Positions 50,942-60,774 are shown, counted from the first letter of the stretch. The stretch: DNA of 64,000 bases from an uncultured Actinomycetota bacterium (GCA_963818455.1 CAWFSE010000005.1:266071-330070), one strand, 5' to 3'. Program-made: numbers and translations. Notes: generated by a model from the letters alone, not told the origin.

Positions 50942-52981
50942 ATGCGCCGCCACGTGCTGTCCGCCAGCGCCTGGGCCACCGCCTTGTTGACCGGCCTGGC
51001 GCTGCTCGGCGCCGCACCCGCCGCCGCCGTCCGGCAGGAGGCGCCGCTACGCGTCCCCGGTCAGGTCACCGACCAGGTCGGGGCGCTGGAGGGACGTGAG
51101 GGCGAGGTCGACGAGGCCCTGGCGCGGCTCCAACGGGACACCGGCGTGCAGTTGTTCGTGGTGTACGTCGCCGACTTCTCCGGAGTGAACGCCCAAGAGT
51201 GGGCGGAGGAGACCGCCACCAAGAGCGACCTCGGCCTCGACGACATCCTGTTGGCGGTCGCGACGCAAGACAGGGCCTACGCGTACTCCGTCGACAACCA
51301 GTTCCCCCTCGACGACGCCCAGCTCGCCGAGGTCGCCCGGGTGGCGATCGAGCCGGCGCTGAGCCAGAACGACTGGGCCGGCGCCGCGATCGGCGCGGCA
51401 GAAGGGTACGGCGCGGTGCTCACGGGCCAGCCGATTCCCGCCCCGGACATCACCCCCGGCGACCCGGGCGCCGGTGGGGGCGGGCTTCCCGGCTGGATCT
51501 GGTGGGTACTGGTCCTGGTGATCCTCGGCGCCCTTGCGGCCGCCTACCTGGCGCGGCGCGCGGCGAAGGCTGGTCGGGGAACCGCCGCCGGCGGCGGCCC
51601 GACCCACGCCGGCGACGGGTTCGCCGCCTTGCCGACCGACGAACTCGACAAGCAGGCCAACCGACTGCTCGTGGAGACCGACGACGCGATCAAGACGAGT
51701 GAGCAGGAGCTGGGCTTCGCCGAGGCGCAGTTCGGCGAGGCGGAGGCCCGCTCGTTCCACGAGGCGGTCGAGCACGCGAAGGTGGAGCTCGCCGCCGCCT
51801 TCCAGATCAGGCAGCAGCTCGACGACTCCACGCCCGAGGACGACGGGACGCGACGCGAGCTGCTGCTCCAACTGGTCCGGCGCACCGATGCGGCCAACGA
51901 CCGCCTTGACGCGGAGGTCGCCCGGTTCGACGCCATGCGCGACCTGGAGGCCAAGGTCCCCGAGGTGCTCGCCGAGCTGGCCCGGCAGTCGGCCCACGAG
52001 GCGGGTCGCCTCGCCGGAAGCGAGACCCTGGTCGAGGAGCTGCGAGGCGAGTACTCACCCGCCGCGGTTGCCGCGGTCGAGGGCAATGCGACCCAGGCGC
52101 GCGACCGCCTGGCCTTCGCCGACGAGCAGATCGCCGCCGGGCAGGCCGCGCTGCAGGCCGGCACAGCGAGTCCGGCGGTCGTTGCAGCCCGGGCGGCCGA
52201 AGGCGCCGTCGGCCAGGCGCGGCAGTTGCTCGACGCCGTCGAGCGGTCGCGCACCGACCTCGCCGAAGCCAGCGGCAAGCTCGCGGCCGCGATCGCCGAC
52301 ACCGAGGGCGACCTGGCCCAGGCCCAGGCGCTCGGACCGGCCCAGCCGGGCCTGGCTGCGGCCACGGCCGCGGCACGGGCCGCCGTCGACCGCGCAAAGC
52401 TCGCCGCGGCGCCCGATGGCGGGGTTGACCCGCTGGGCGCCATCCGCGACCTCGAGTCGGCCGATGACGCCCTCGACCAGGTGCTCGCCGACGTCCGGGA
52501 CGAGCAAGCGCGCCAGACCAGGGCCCGCCAGCATTTCGATCAGACGACCGTCGCCGCGCGAGCCGCGATCGAGGCGGCCAATGACTTCATCACCACCCGG
52601 CGGGGGGCGGTGGGGGCCGAGGCCAGGACCCGAGTCGCCACCGCCGCGCAGCACCTGGACGCGGCGCGTCGCCTCGCCGAGACCGACCCCGTCACCGCGC
52701 TGCAGCACGCGCAGGCCGCCCACCAGCTCGCCGCCGAGGCCCTGCAGATGGCGCAGCGAGACGTTGCGGCCAGCCAGCCGCCGATGGGCGGCCCCGGCAC
52801 GGGCGGCGGTAACAACATGGCCGGGGCCATCCTCGGCGGGATCCTGCTCAACACGATCCTGTCCGGCGGCTTCGGCGGAGGGGGAGGCTTCGGCGGAGGG
52901 GGCCGCGGAGGCGGCTTCAACCCAGGATCCTTCGGCGGCCGCGCCATGGGCGGGCGACGGGGCGGGGGAGGACGGTTCTGA
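50942..52981 (+). CDS. TPM-domain membrane protein with long Ala/Glu/Arg/Gln-rich helical region and Gly-rich C-terminus
   Basis: 679 aa, intact. It has a signal peptide (ALLTGLALLGAAPAAA) and a TPM/TLP18.3-like domain (VTDQVGAL...LQRDTGVQLFVVYVADF..DDILLAVATQDRAYAY). A transmembrane segment (WIWWVLVLVILGALAAAYLA) follows. After that come about 440 aa of predicted helix and the tail ..GGFGGGGGFGGGGRGGGFNPGSFGG... Confidence 0.75.
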   Translation: MRRHVLSASAWATALLTGLALLGAAPAAAVRQEAPLRVPGQVTDQVGALEGREGEVDEALARLQRDTGVQLFVVYVADFSGVNAQEWAEETATKSDLGLDDILLAVATQDRAYAYSVDNQFPLDDAQLAEVARVAIEPALSQNDWAGAAIGAAEGYGAVLTGQPIPAPDITPGDPGAGGGGLPGWIWWVLVLVILGALAAAYLARRAAKAGRGTAAGGGPTHAGDGFAALPTDELDKQANRLLVETDDAIKTSEQELGFAEAQFGEAEARSFHEAVEHAKVELAAAFQIRQQLDDSTPEDDGTRRELLLQLVRRTDAANDRLDAEVARFDAMRDLEAKVPEVLAELARQSAHEAGRLAGSETLVEELRGEYSPAAVAAVEGNATQARDRLAFADEQIAAGQAALQAGTASPAVVAARAAEGAVGQARQLLDAVERSRTDLAEASGKLAAAIADTEGDLAQAQALGPAQPGLAAATAAARAAVDRAKLAAAPDGGVDPLGAIRDLESADDALDQVLADVRDEQARQTRARQHFDQTTVAARAAIEAANDFITTRRGAVGAEARTRVATAAQHLDAARRLAETDPVTALQHAQAAHQLAAEALQMAQRDVAASQPPMGGPGTGGGNNMAGAILGGILLNTILSGGFGGGGGFGGGGRGGGFNPGSFGGRAMGGRRGGGGRF

Positions 52982-53040
52982 CGGCGGCGGGCACACCGCC
53001 CACGACGTTCAATCAGGAGTTCAGCACCCAAGGAGGCAGC

Positions 53041-53755
53041 ATGGCGAAGCAGTCCATCTTCGGCCGGATCGCGCAGCTGGCCAAGGCGAACATCAACCAG
53101 CTGATCGACAACGCCGAAGACCCCGAGCTGATGATGGATCAGATGATCCGCGACTACACGAGCAACATCGCCGAGGCGGAGGACGCGGTCGCTCAGACGA
53201 TCGGCAACCTGCGCCTCATGGAGGCCGACCAGGTCGAGGACCAGCAGGCAGCCAAGGAGTGGGGCGGCAAGGCCGCGGCGGCGATCGCCAAGGCCCAGTC
53301 GCTGGCGGCCGAGGGCAAGGCGGCCGAGGCCACGAGGTTTCGAGGACCTGGCCCGGGTGGCGCTCAAGCGGCAGATCGACGCCGAGCAGGAGGCCACCGA
53401 CGTCGAGCCCTCGCTGGCCCAGCAGCGCGAGATCGTCGAGAAGCTCAAGGCCGGGCTGAACGGGATGAAGGAGAAGCTCGACGAGCTGCGGCGCAAGCGG
53501 GACGAGCTGGCTAGCCGGGCGAAGGTGGCCGAGGCGCAGAACCAGGTCCAAGACGCCATGAAGTCCGTCGACTTCCTCGACCCGACCTCGGAGATCTCCC
53601 GCTTCGAGGAGAAGATCCGCCGCGAGGAGGCGCGCGCCGCGGGGGGCGCCGAATTGGCCGCGTCCTCCCTCGACTCGCAGTTCGAGGCCCTGGAAGACCT
53701 CGGCGACGACGCCGAGGTCGAGGCCCGGCTGACGGCCCTCAAGTCCGGCGGGTGA
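53041..53755 (+). pseudogene. pspA: PspA/IM30 (ESCRT-III-like) family protein, one +1 frameshift as given
   Basis: The protein reads MAKQSIFGRIAQLAKANINQLIDNAEDPELMMDQMIRDYTSNIAEAED... The frames join (..AAEATRF|EDLARVALKRQIDAEQ..) if the T3 run at 53338-53340 is read as T2. The length is 715 nt (3n+1). Confidence 0.88.
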
Positions 53756-53772
53756 GGGCAGGCGGTCGACCC

Positions 53773-53817
53773 GAATCGCGAGGGGTCCTGAGTCGGTTGC
53801 GGGCCCCTCGCGATTCG
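53773..53817 (+). terminator. strong hairpin downstream of pspA
   Basis: GAATCGCGAGGGG..(loop)..CCCCTCGCGATTC, with arms of at least 13 bp, starting 18 nt after the pspA stop. There is no T-tract (I-shaped type). Confidence 0.6.
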
Positions 53818-53858
53818 TGGCCGTCGACGGCTCGCTGATACGGTCGGGTCCGTCCCTG

Positions 53859-53931
53859 GCCCCCGTAGCTCAGGGGATAGAGCACCGCCCTCCGGAGGCG
53901 GGTGCGTAGGTTCGAATCCTACCGGGGGCGC
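53859..53931 (+). tRNA. tRNA-Arg (anticodon CCG)
   Basis: It was folded manually as a cloverleaf. The acceptor stem is GCCCCCG/CGGGGGC and the D arm is GCTC-AGGGGATA-GAGC. The anticodon arm is CCGCC-CTCCGGA-GGCGG with anticodon CCG. The T arm is GTAGG-TTCGAAT-CCTAC. The discriminator is G, and CCA is not encoded. Confidence 0.9.
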
Positions 53932-53989
53932 CGTTTCCGCTGATGCCGCAACGGGCATCCCGGTGCCGCCTCGCGCACGTCCACGCCCT

Positions 53990-55244
53990 TCAGGCGGCAT
54001 CGTCTCGCGCCGGCCTGTGCGCCCAGTCGGGTGCGGCGTCCGGGTCGTCGGCCCGGGCCAGGGCGTCGGCGAGGGCGAGGTCGGCCAGCCACTCCCCGTC
54101 CGGGTCGCCGGCCTCGTCCGGCGGGTGGGCGGGCGCAGGTTGGGTGAAGGCCTCGCCGCCGGGGAACCGGCACATGCCGTCGCGGATCCGGATGAACCGG
54201 TCGAGGTCGGCGGGCGGGTCGTGCTGCCGCCTGCCGACGTCGAGGACCGCGCCTGTCGCGGGGTCGGTCAGCACGCGCCGCCAGGTGCCGTCCCGGGCGA
54301 GCTCGCGGGCCATGCTGTCGGGGATCGGGCCGTAGCCCGCGAGGTGCGCCGGCTCCCCGCCGAGGCCCAGCAGGGTGCCGGCGGGGATGGTGACCAGGAT
54401 CTGCGGGTGCTGCCCGCGCGGCGACGGTCCGGTCCTGGTGGGGACACCCGTTCCGCAGAGCAGGTCGACGAGGGCGTCGGCGCGGCACTGGTCCAGCTTG
54501 GGCAGCGGGCCCGCGTCCAGGGGCGGCTCCCCGCGCTGGGCGGCCCGCGCGTCCTGCTCGCGGCGGGCGTCGCGCTCGGCGCAGCGGGCCGCCCAGCCGG
54601 CCTCCCCCAGCGCGGCGTACACCCGCATCGCGTCCGGGGCGGACAGCAGTGCCCGCAGCTCGGCCATCCCGTCCTCGCGCGGGTCGACCCACACGCGGCG
54701 CTCCCTGCGGGCCGCAGCCAGCCGGGCGTCCGCCCCGGCCGGATCCGCCTTCAGCACCAGCCGGGCCAGCGCGGCGCGGACCTGCGGCGCGGTCTGCGCC
54801 TGGGGCCCGCTCCAGCGCGTGCGCCTCCACCGCGTCGGCCGCGCCGGCCATCCCCGGCCGCGACGCCAGCGCGCCCACCGCCGAGGCGACCGCCTCCGCC
54901 CGCATCCAGTCCAGCCGGCCGTGACGCAGCGCCTCGAGCACCGCCGGGCGCTCTGTGATCGCCAGGCAGTCGTCGACGCGAGACTGCGCCGCCCTCGACG
55001 ACAGCCGCAGCGCCGCGCCGACCTCGAACTCGGCCACCTCGTAGCCCGAGCAGCCCGCCGCGCCGCCCGCCTCCGGCGCCCGGCGGGCGACCTCGGCGAC
55101 CAGCTCCGCCTGCAGCGCCTGCGCCCACGACACCAGCCGCTGCGTCGCCGCCAGCGCCTCCACCAGCGCCTCCCCGTCCAGCGCGGCCAGCTCGATAGCG
55201 GCCAGCGCCGGGCCCAGATCCGGCCCTGACACGCGTTCGAACAT
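53990..55244 (-). pseudogene. DUF222-family protein remnant (HNH-nuclease-associated family) lacking a recognisable HNH domain; one frame change
   Basis: ATG 55244. The N-terminal part reads ..LVSWAQALQAELVAEVARR...RLSSRAAQSRVDDCLAITERPAVLEALRHGRLDWMRAEAV. A frame change near 54808 leads into ..VLKADPAGADARLAAARRERRVWV...LAGYGPIPDSMARELA...DLDRFIRIRDGMCRFPG. The expected C/H-rich HNH motif is missing after this point. The 3' end lies 58 nt from the tRNA. Confidence 0.65.
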
Positions 55245-55453
55245 GTGTTCGATCGTAGGTGAGAACCGTTGCGGCGTCAAGGGAAACCCATCGAGCTGTG
55301 GATCCCAGTCCCCCACTGGTCAAGACCGGGCGGCCAGTTCCGGTAACCTTGACACGTCGTCGCCCGTCCGGGCGGCCAGCGCCGCCCCCGCGCAGTAGCC
55401 GTCCATCGGCTCGCGCCGGAGTTGGCGGCCTCTCTTCCTTTCGGAGTTCCCTT

Positions 55454-56899
55454 ATGGCGGATCACCGCCGCACCACGCACTCCCGTACGCGCAACCGCGC
55501 CTCGGCCACCTCGACCCCCTCCCCCGCCACGGCACCCGCTCCGGCGGCGGCCACGGCCGCCGCGCCCACCACGTTCGCGGCGCTCGGCGTGCCAGCCGCC
55601 TTGACCCGCGTGTTGGCCGCCGACGGGATCACCACGCCGTTTCCGATTCAGACCGCGACACTGCCCGACTCCCTGGCCGGCCGCGATGTGCTGGGCCGCG
55701 GCCGCACCGGCTCGGGCAAGACCCTCGCCTTCGCCCTGCCTGTGGTGGCGAGGCTGGCCGCCTCGGGCGCGCCGCTCCGGTCGGGCCGGCCACGCGCGCT
55801 GATCCTCGCGCCGACCCGCGAGCTGGCCAGCCAGATCCACGCCGCGATCACCCCCCTGGCGAAGGCCGCGGGGCTGAGCACCACCACCGTCTTCGGCGGG
55901 GTCGGGGCCGGACCGCAGATCAGCGCCCTGCGCCGCGGTGTCGACATCTTGGTCGCCTGCCCGGGCCGGCTGGAGGACCACCTCCGCAGCAAGCACGTCT
56001 TCCTCGACGCGATCGAGGTCACGGTGCTCGACGAGGCCGACCACATGGCCGACCTCGGCTTCCTGCCCGTCGTCCGCCGCCTCATGGACGCCACGCCTGA
56101 GCGATCGCAGCGCATGCTCTTCTCCGCCACCCTCGATGGCGGCGTTGACGTGCTGGTCCGGCGCTATCTGCACCAGCCGGTCACGCACAGCGTTGACTCG
56201 GCGCAGTCACCCGTGGCCGCGATGGACCACCACATCCTGCACGTGCGCGAGGGCGAGCGGCTCCAGGTGCTCGTCAACCTCCTCGCCGCACCCGGCCGCA
56301 CGATGGTCTTCACCCGCACCAAGCACGGGGCCAAGAAGCTCACCAAGCAGCTCATCGCGAGCGGCATCCCGTCGGTGGAGATGCACGGCAACCTGGCCCA
56401 GGGCGCACGCACCCGCAATCTCGCGTCGTTCGCCGACGGCACGGCCCCCACCCTCGTGGCCACCGACATCGCCGCCCGCGGCATCCACGTGGACGACGTC
56501 GCCCTCGTGGTGCACGCCGATCCGCCCATCGAGCACAAGGCCTACCTGCACCGCTCCGGCCGCACGGCCCGGGCCGGATCGTCGGGCACCGTGGTCACGC
56601 TGATGACCGACGCCCAGGCCGCCGACGTCCGCGACCTCACCCGCAAGGCGGGGATCAAGCCGACCACCACGCGGTTGGGACCCGATCACCCGCTGCTGTC
56701 CGAGCTCGCACCGGGCGAGCGCACCCTGGTCGCCCCCCCGCCCGCCGCGCCCCAGGTCCAGCAGCGCGCCGGGGGCGGCTCGTCGCGCGGTGGCCGCGGT
56801 GGCAGCCGCGGCAGCAGTGCACGTGGCGCCTCGTCCAGTGGCGCCTCGTCCAGTGGCGCCGTCGCGGTGTCGATGCGGGGCGGCCGCCGCGGTCGCTGA
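55454..56899 (+). CDS. DEAD-box ATP-dependent RNA helicase (RhlE-like) with Arg/Gly/Ser-rich tail
   Basis: It has a Q-motif region (FAALGVPAALTRVLAADGITTPFPIQ). Other motifs are motif I (GRGRTGSGKTLAF), VLDEADHM, SATL and HRSGRTARAG. The C-terminus reads GGGSSRGGRGGSRGSS... Intact. Confidence 0.92.
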   Translation: MADHRRTTHSRTRNRASATSTPSPATAPAPAAATAAAPTTFAALGVPAALTRVLAADGITTPFPIQTATLPDSLAGRDVLGRGRTGSGKTLAFALPVVARLAASGAPLRSGRPRALILAPTRELASQIHAAITPLAKAAGLSTTTVFGGVGAGPQISALRRGVDILVACPGRLEDHLRSKHVFLDAIEVTVLDEADHMADLGFLPVVRRLMDATPERSQRMLFSATLDGGVDVLVRRYLHQPVTHSVDSAQSPVAAMDHHILHVREGERLQVLVNLLAAPGRTMVFTRTKHGAKKLTKQLIASGIPSVEMHGNLAQGARTRNLASFADGTAPTLVATDIAARGIHVDDVALVVHADPPIEHKAYLHRSGRTARAGSSGTVVTLMTDAQAADVRDLTRKAGIKPTTTRLGPDHPLLSELAPGERTLVAPPPAAPQVQQRAGGGSSRGGRGGSRGSSARGASSSGASSSGAVAVSMRGGRRGR

Positions 56900-56914
56900 C
56901 CGCCTCCGCACCGC

Positions 56915-57805
56915 TCAGCTGGCGGCGGCCTCGGCGGGTTCCTCTGGCCTCGCGTCCACGACCAGCGGGTCGAGGACCACGGCCAGGTAGAGCATCCACG
57001 CGATCAGGCCGAGGTGGAGCACATCGTTGGCTGAGAACCAGATCCCGCTGTCCCAGAGCGTCTCGGTGAAGCCGGCCGCGAGGTAGCCGAGGTAGGCCGC
57101 GATCGTGAGCGCGAGCCCGATCCACGCGCCGAGCAAGGCCCGGTCCAGCGGACGCCGATCGCGTCGGTAGCGCACGGAATTGAGCGCGAAGCACCAGATG
57201 ACCGTGGGTGCGACGAAGACGAGCAGCAGCTCGAAGGAGATCAGGAGGCGGTTCGCCAGGCCCACCCCGGCGGCGACCACGATCACGTAGAGGGCGAGGT
57301 TGAGCAGCGCATAGGCCGACAGCGCCCGACGCGCCCGGCCAAGCGCGCTGGAGTAGGCCACCGCCAGCGCGATCGCGTCGAAGCTCGCCACCGACAGGAC
57401 CAGGTAGCCGACCTCCCACCCGCTGGTCCACACGCAGGCCACCCGGCCCTCGCACTTGATCGCATAGCTGAAGGCCTCGTAGCTGGTGCCGGCCAGCAGC
57501 GCCCCCACGCCCCAGAGGATGAGCGCGATGCCCCACCACAGGCGCGAGCGCTCGATGCCGCGCCGCCACAGGAACCGGGCGCCCACCACCACCGCGAGGA
57601 GGCCGAGTCCGTAGACGATGGCCGAGGTCGTGGGCTGCACGAGGACGACCTCGCGCCCGACGAGGGTCACCCGGGCGTACGGCTGGATGGTGAGCCACGA
57701 CTCCGGGGTCTGCGTCGGCTCGTACTCGAGGTCATCGAGCCGTCCGCACCCGGCGAGCGCCGACGCGGCGAGGACCGCGGCGGCGGTCGCCGCAGAAGGT
57801 CGCAT
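56915..57805 (-). CDS. hypothetical integral membrane (lipo)protein
   Basis: ATG 57805. It has a lipobox-like sequence (AASALAGC|G) and then about 7 hydrophobic segments. No family was recognised. Confidence 0.5.
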   Translation of the reverse strand: MRPSAATAAAVLAASALAGCGRLDDLEYEPTQTPESWLTIQPYARVTLVGREVVLVQPTTSAIVYGLGLLAVVVGARFLWRRGIERSRLWWGIALILWGVGALLAGTSYEAFSYAIKCEGRVACVWTSGWEVGYLVLSVASFDAIALAVAYSSALGRARRALSAYALLNLALYVIVVAAGVGLANRLLISFELLLVFVAPTVIWCFALNSVRYRRDRRPLDRALLGAWIGLALTIAAYLGYLAAGFTETLWDSGIWFSANDVLHLGLIAWMLYLAVVLDPLVVDARPEEPAEAAAS

Positions 57806-57932
57806 GGGCACAGCCAACCAGGGCCGCAGGGTTGGGCGCGGCGATCCGTGGGTATCCCGCGGGAGACTGGGCAAGGGCCGCCTGGCGGCCAGCCATCCAC
57901 CAACCAGCCCACGGGGAGCACCGGCGTTGAGG

Positions 57933-58751
57933 GTGACCGCGAGACAAGCGCCGCGGGTGGCCGCAGGGGCTGCCATCGCCGTCGGCGTGCTGGGGCTGCT
58001 CGTGCTCGGATCCGGAGCCGGGCCGGGCGGCGCAGACCCCTCGACGTCGCCGCGCCCCTCCGCGTCCCCGGTGGACTCCCCCAGCGCTGGTCCCACGCCC
58101 AGCCCTGAGGCGGCCACCCCAACCCCCACCCCGACCCCGACCCCGCCGCCGGCCGCAACGTCTCCGGCGCAGGCCAACGGCGCCCTCGCGGCACTGGCCA
58201 CGCTGCCCGTCAAGGGCCGCGCGCCCAAGACCGGCTACGACCGCGACCTGTTCGGCCCGGCCTGGTCCGACGTCGACCGCAACGGCTGCGACACCCGCAA
58301 TGACATCCTGCGGCGCGATCTCCTCGACCTGGCGCTCAAGCCCGGCACCCAGGGGTGCGTCGCCGCCGCCGGAACGCTGCCGGATCCCTACTCGGCGGAG
58401 TCCATCCCCTTCGTCCGCGGCCAGGGGACCTCCGCCCTCGTCCAGATCGACCATGTGGTGGCGCTCTCCGACGCGTGGCAGAAGGGCGCCCAGCAGTGGT
58501 CGCCCGAGCAGCGCGTGGCCTTCGCCAACGACCCGCTCAACCTGCTCGCCGTCAAGGGCTCGCTCAACCAGCAGAAGGGCGACGGCGACGCAGCCACCTG
58601 GCTGCCGCCGAACAAGGCCTACCGGTGCGAATACGTCGCCCGCATCGTCGCGGTCAAGCAGGCCTACGGCATCTGGGTCACCCCAGCCGAGCGCGACGCG
58701 ATCGCGGGGATCCTCGCGACCTGCCCGGGCGAGCCGCTCCCGAGCCGCTAG
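57933..58751 (+). CDS. secreted His-Me finger (HNH/DUF1524-type) nuclease with Pro/Thr-rich linker
   Basis: It has a hydrophobic N-terminus (AAGAAIAVGVLGLLVLGSG) and a linker (PSPEAATPTPTPTPTPPP). The catalytic region reads NGCDTRNDILRRDL...QIDHVVALSDAWQKGA...NDPLNLLAVKGSLNQQKGDGDAATWLPP. The start is uncertain (GTG 57933, or upstream as far as 57618). Confidence 0.7.
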   Translation: MTARQAPRVAAGAAIAVGVLGLLVLGSGAGPGGADPSTSPRPSASPVDSPSAGPTPSPEAATPTPTPTPTPPPAATSPAQANGALAALATLPVKGRAPKTGYDRDLFGPAWSDVDRNGCDTRNDILRRDLLDLALKPGTQGCVAAAGTLPDPYSAESIPFVRGQGTSALVQIDHVVALSDAWQKGAQQWSPEQRVAFANDPLNLLAVKGSLNQQKGDGDAATWLPPNKAYRCEYVARIVAVKQAYGIWVTPAERDAIAGILATCPGEPLPSR

Positions 58752-60034
58752 CCGCGCTGCGCGAGCGGCAGGTACGCCCGCTCGGTGGCGCCGACGTAGA
58801 CCTGCCGCGGCCGGCCGATCTTGGTGGCGGGGTCCTCGATCATCTCCCGCCACTGGGCGATCCACCCGGGCAGCCGGCCCAGCGCGAAGAGCACCGTGAA
58901 CATCTTCGACGGGAAGCCCATCGCCCGGTAGATGAGGCCGGTGTAGAAGTCCACGTTGGGGTAGAGCCGGCGCTCGGCGAAGTACGGGTCGGCGAGCGCG
59001 ATCTCCTCCAACCGCATGGCGAGGTCGAGCATCGGGTCGTCGGCGCCGGTGTGGGCGATGACATCGTGGGCCGCGGCCTTGACGAGCGCGGCCCGCGGGT
59101 CGTAGTTGCGGTACACCCGGTGCCCGAAGCCCATCAGCTTGACGCCCTCGTCCTTCGCCTTGACCCGGCGCACGAACGCGTCGATGTCGCCGCCGTCGGC
59201 GGCGATCCGCTCGAGCATCTCGAGGACGGCCTGGTTGGCTCCCCCGTGCAGCGGGCCGAAGAGCGCGTTGACCCCCGCCGAGACCGAGGCGAAGAGGTTG
59301 GCGTGCGAGGAGCCGACCAGCCGCACCGTCGACGTCGAGCAGTTCTGCTCGTGGTCGGCATGGAGGACCAGCAGCATGTCGAGGGCCCGGGCGATCACCG
59401 GGTCGACCTCGTACGGCGCGGCCGGGACCCCGAACGTCAGCCGCAGGAAGTTCTCGGTGTAGTCCAGGGAGTTGTCGGGGTAGAGGAACGGCTGCCCGAT
59501 GGACTTCTTGTACGCGTACGCGGCGATCGTCGGAACCTTGGCGAGCAGCCGCACCGTCGAGATCTCGACCTGCTGCGCGTCGAAGGGGTCCAGCGAGTCC
59601 TGGTAGAAGGCCGACAGGGCGCTCACCGCGCTCGACAGCACCGCCATCGGGTGGGCGTCGCGCGGGAAGCCGTCGAAGAACCACCGCAGGTCCTCGTGCA
59701 GCAGCGTGTGCATCCGCACGCTCTCGGTGAAACGGGCCAGCTCATCGGCCGTCGGGAGCTCCCCGTGGATGAGCAGGTAGGCGACCTCGAGGAACGTGGA
59801 GTGCTCGGCCAGCTGCTCGATCGGGTAGCCGCGGTAGCGCAGGATCCCGGCGTCGCCGTCGATGAAGGTGATGGCCGAGGCGCAGGCCGCCGTGTTGACG
59901 AAGCCCGGGTCGAGGGTGACCTCGCCGGTCTCCTTGAGCAGCGGGCCGACCCCGAGGCCGGAGGGGCCCTCGGACGACGGGGTCACCGACAACGGCAGCT
60001 CGCCTCCGGGGTGGTGGAGGGCGAAGTCGCTCAT
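58748..60034 (-). CDS. gltA: citrate synthase (type II)
   Basis: 428 aa, intact. Motifs include LLVLHADHEQNCSTSTVRLVGSS, GPLHGGANQAVLEML and GFGHRVYRNYDPRA. Confidence 0.96.
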   Translation of the reverse strand: MSDFALHHPGGELPLSVTPSSEGPSGLGVGPLLKETGEVTLDPGFVNTAACASAITFIDGDAGILRYRGYPIEQLAEHSTFLEVAYLLIHGELPTADELARFTESVRMHTLLHEDLRWFFDGFPRDAHPMAVLSSAVSALSAFYQDSLDPFDAQQVEISTVRLLAKVPTIAAYAYKKSIGQPFLYPDNSLDYTENFLRLTFGVPAAPYEVDPVIARALDMLLVLHADHEQNCSTSTVRLVGSSHANLFASVSAGVNALFGPLHGGANQAVLEMLERIAADGGDIDAFVRRVKAKDEGVKLMGFGHRVYRNYDPRAALVKAAAHDVIAHTGADDPMLDLAMRLEEIALADPYFAERRLYPNVDFYTGLIYRAMGFPSKMFTVLFALGRLPGWIAQWREMIEDPATKIGRPRQVYVGATERAYLPLAQRG

Positions 60035-60105
60035 GCCGCGATCTTGGCAGAACCAGGGCGCGCAGGGGACAGGGACCTCCGACCCTGTCCGCCGGGCACG
60101 AGGCG

Positions 60106-60774
60106 TCAGACCCAGGCCGGAATGGCCATCTCGGCCGGCGGCTCCGGCACGGCGATGTCCGGCCCCGTCGCGGCTCGGACCTCGTCGACGGTGACGCCCG
60201 GGGCGACCTCACGCAGCACCAGGCCCTCGGGGGTCACGTCCAGGACGGCGAGGTCGGTGATGATCCGCTCCACGACGCCGCGACCGGTGTAGGGCAGGGT
60301 GCACGTCTCGAGGATCTTGTGGGAGCCGTCCTTGGCGACGTGCTCCATCATCACGATCACCCGCTTGGCGCCGTGGACGAGGTCCATGGCGCCGCCCATG
60401 CCCTTGACCATCTTGCCGGGGATCATCCAGTTCGACAGGTCGCCGGCGGCCGAGACCTGCATCGCCCCGAGGATCGCCGCGTCGATCTTGCCGCCGCGGA
60501 TCATCCCGAAGGACAGCGCCGAGTCGAAGAACGCCGCACCGGGCAGGACCGTCACGGTCTCCTTGCCTGCGTTGATGAGGTCAGCGTCGACGTCCTCGTC
60601 GTAGGGGTAGGGGCCGACGCCGAGGATGCCGTTCTCGGACTGCAGCACGACGGTGACGCCCTCGGGCAGGTAGTTCGGCACCAGGGTCGGCAGCCCGATC
60701 CCGAGGTTGACGTACTGGCCGTTCTCCAGCTCCTGGGCGACGCGCGCGGCAAGCTGCGTGCGGGTGAGCGCCAT
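60106..60774 (-). CDS. scoB: 3-oxoacid CoA-transferase subunit B
   Basis: ATG 60774 lies 2 nt after the scoA stop. Motifs include [26 protein letters not shown] (catalytic Glu context) and [14 protein letters not shown]. Confidence 0.92.
   Translation of the reverse strand: MALTRTQLAARVAQELENGQYVNLGIGLPTLVPNYLPEGVTVVLQSENGILGVGPYPYDEDVDADLINAGKETVTVLPGAAFFDSALSFGMIRGGKIDAAILGAMQVSAAGDLSNWMIPGKMVKGMGGAMDLVHGAKRVIVMMEHVAKDGSHKILETCTLPYTGRGVVERIITDLAVLDVTPEGLVLREVAPGVTVDEVRAATGPDIAVPEPPAEMAIPAWV

Noticed and set aside
55225-55250. The sequence GTTCGAACATGTGTTCGA, containing TTCGAA and ACATGT palindromes, around the DUF222 start codon.
   Set aside because: It is a direct GTTCGA repeat with small internal palindromes that overlaps coding sequence. 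I have no supporting evidence for a binding site.
53859-58751. Whether tRNA + DUF222 remnant + helicase + membrane protein + nuclease forms a defence or mobile island.
   Set aside because: The helicase has the full DEAD-box RNA-helicase motif set and an RGG tail, so it is the housekeeping RhlE type. The nuclease looks secreted. I noticed no integrase, no repeats and no obvious composition change. Only the DUF222 remnant looks accessory.
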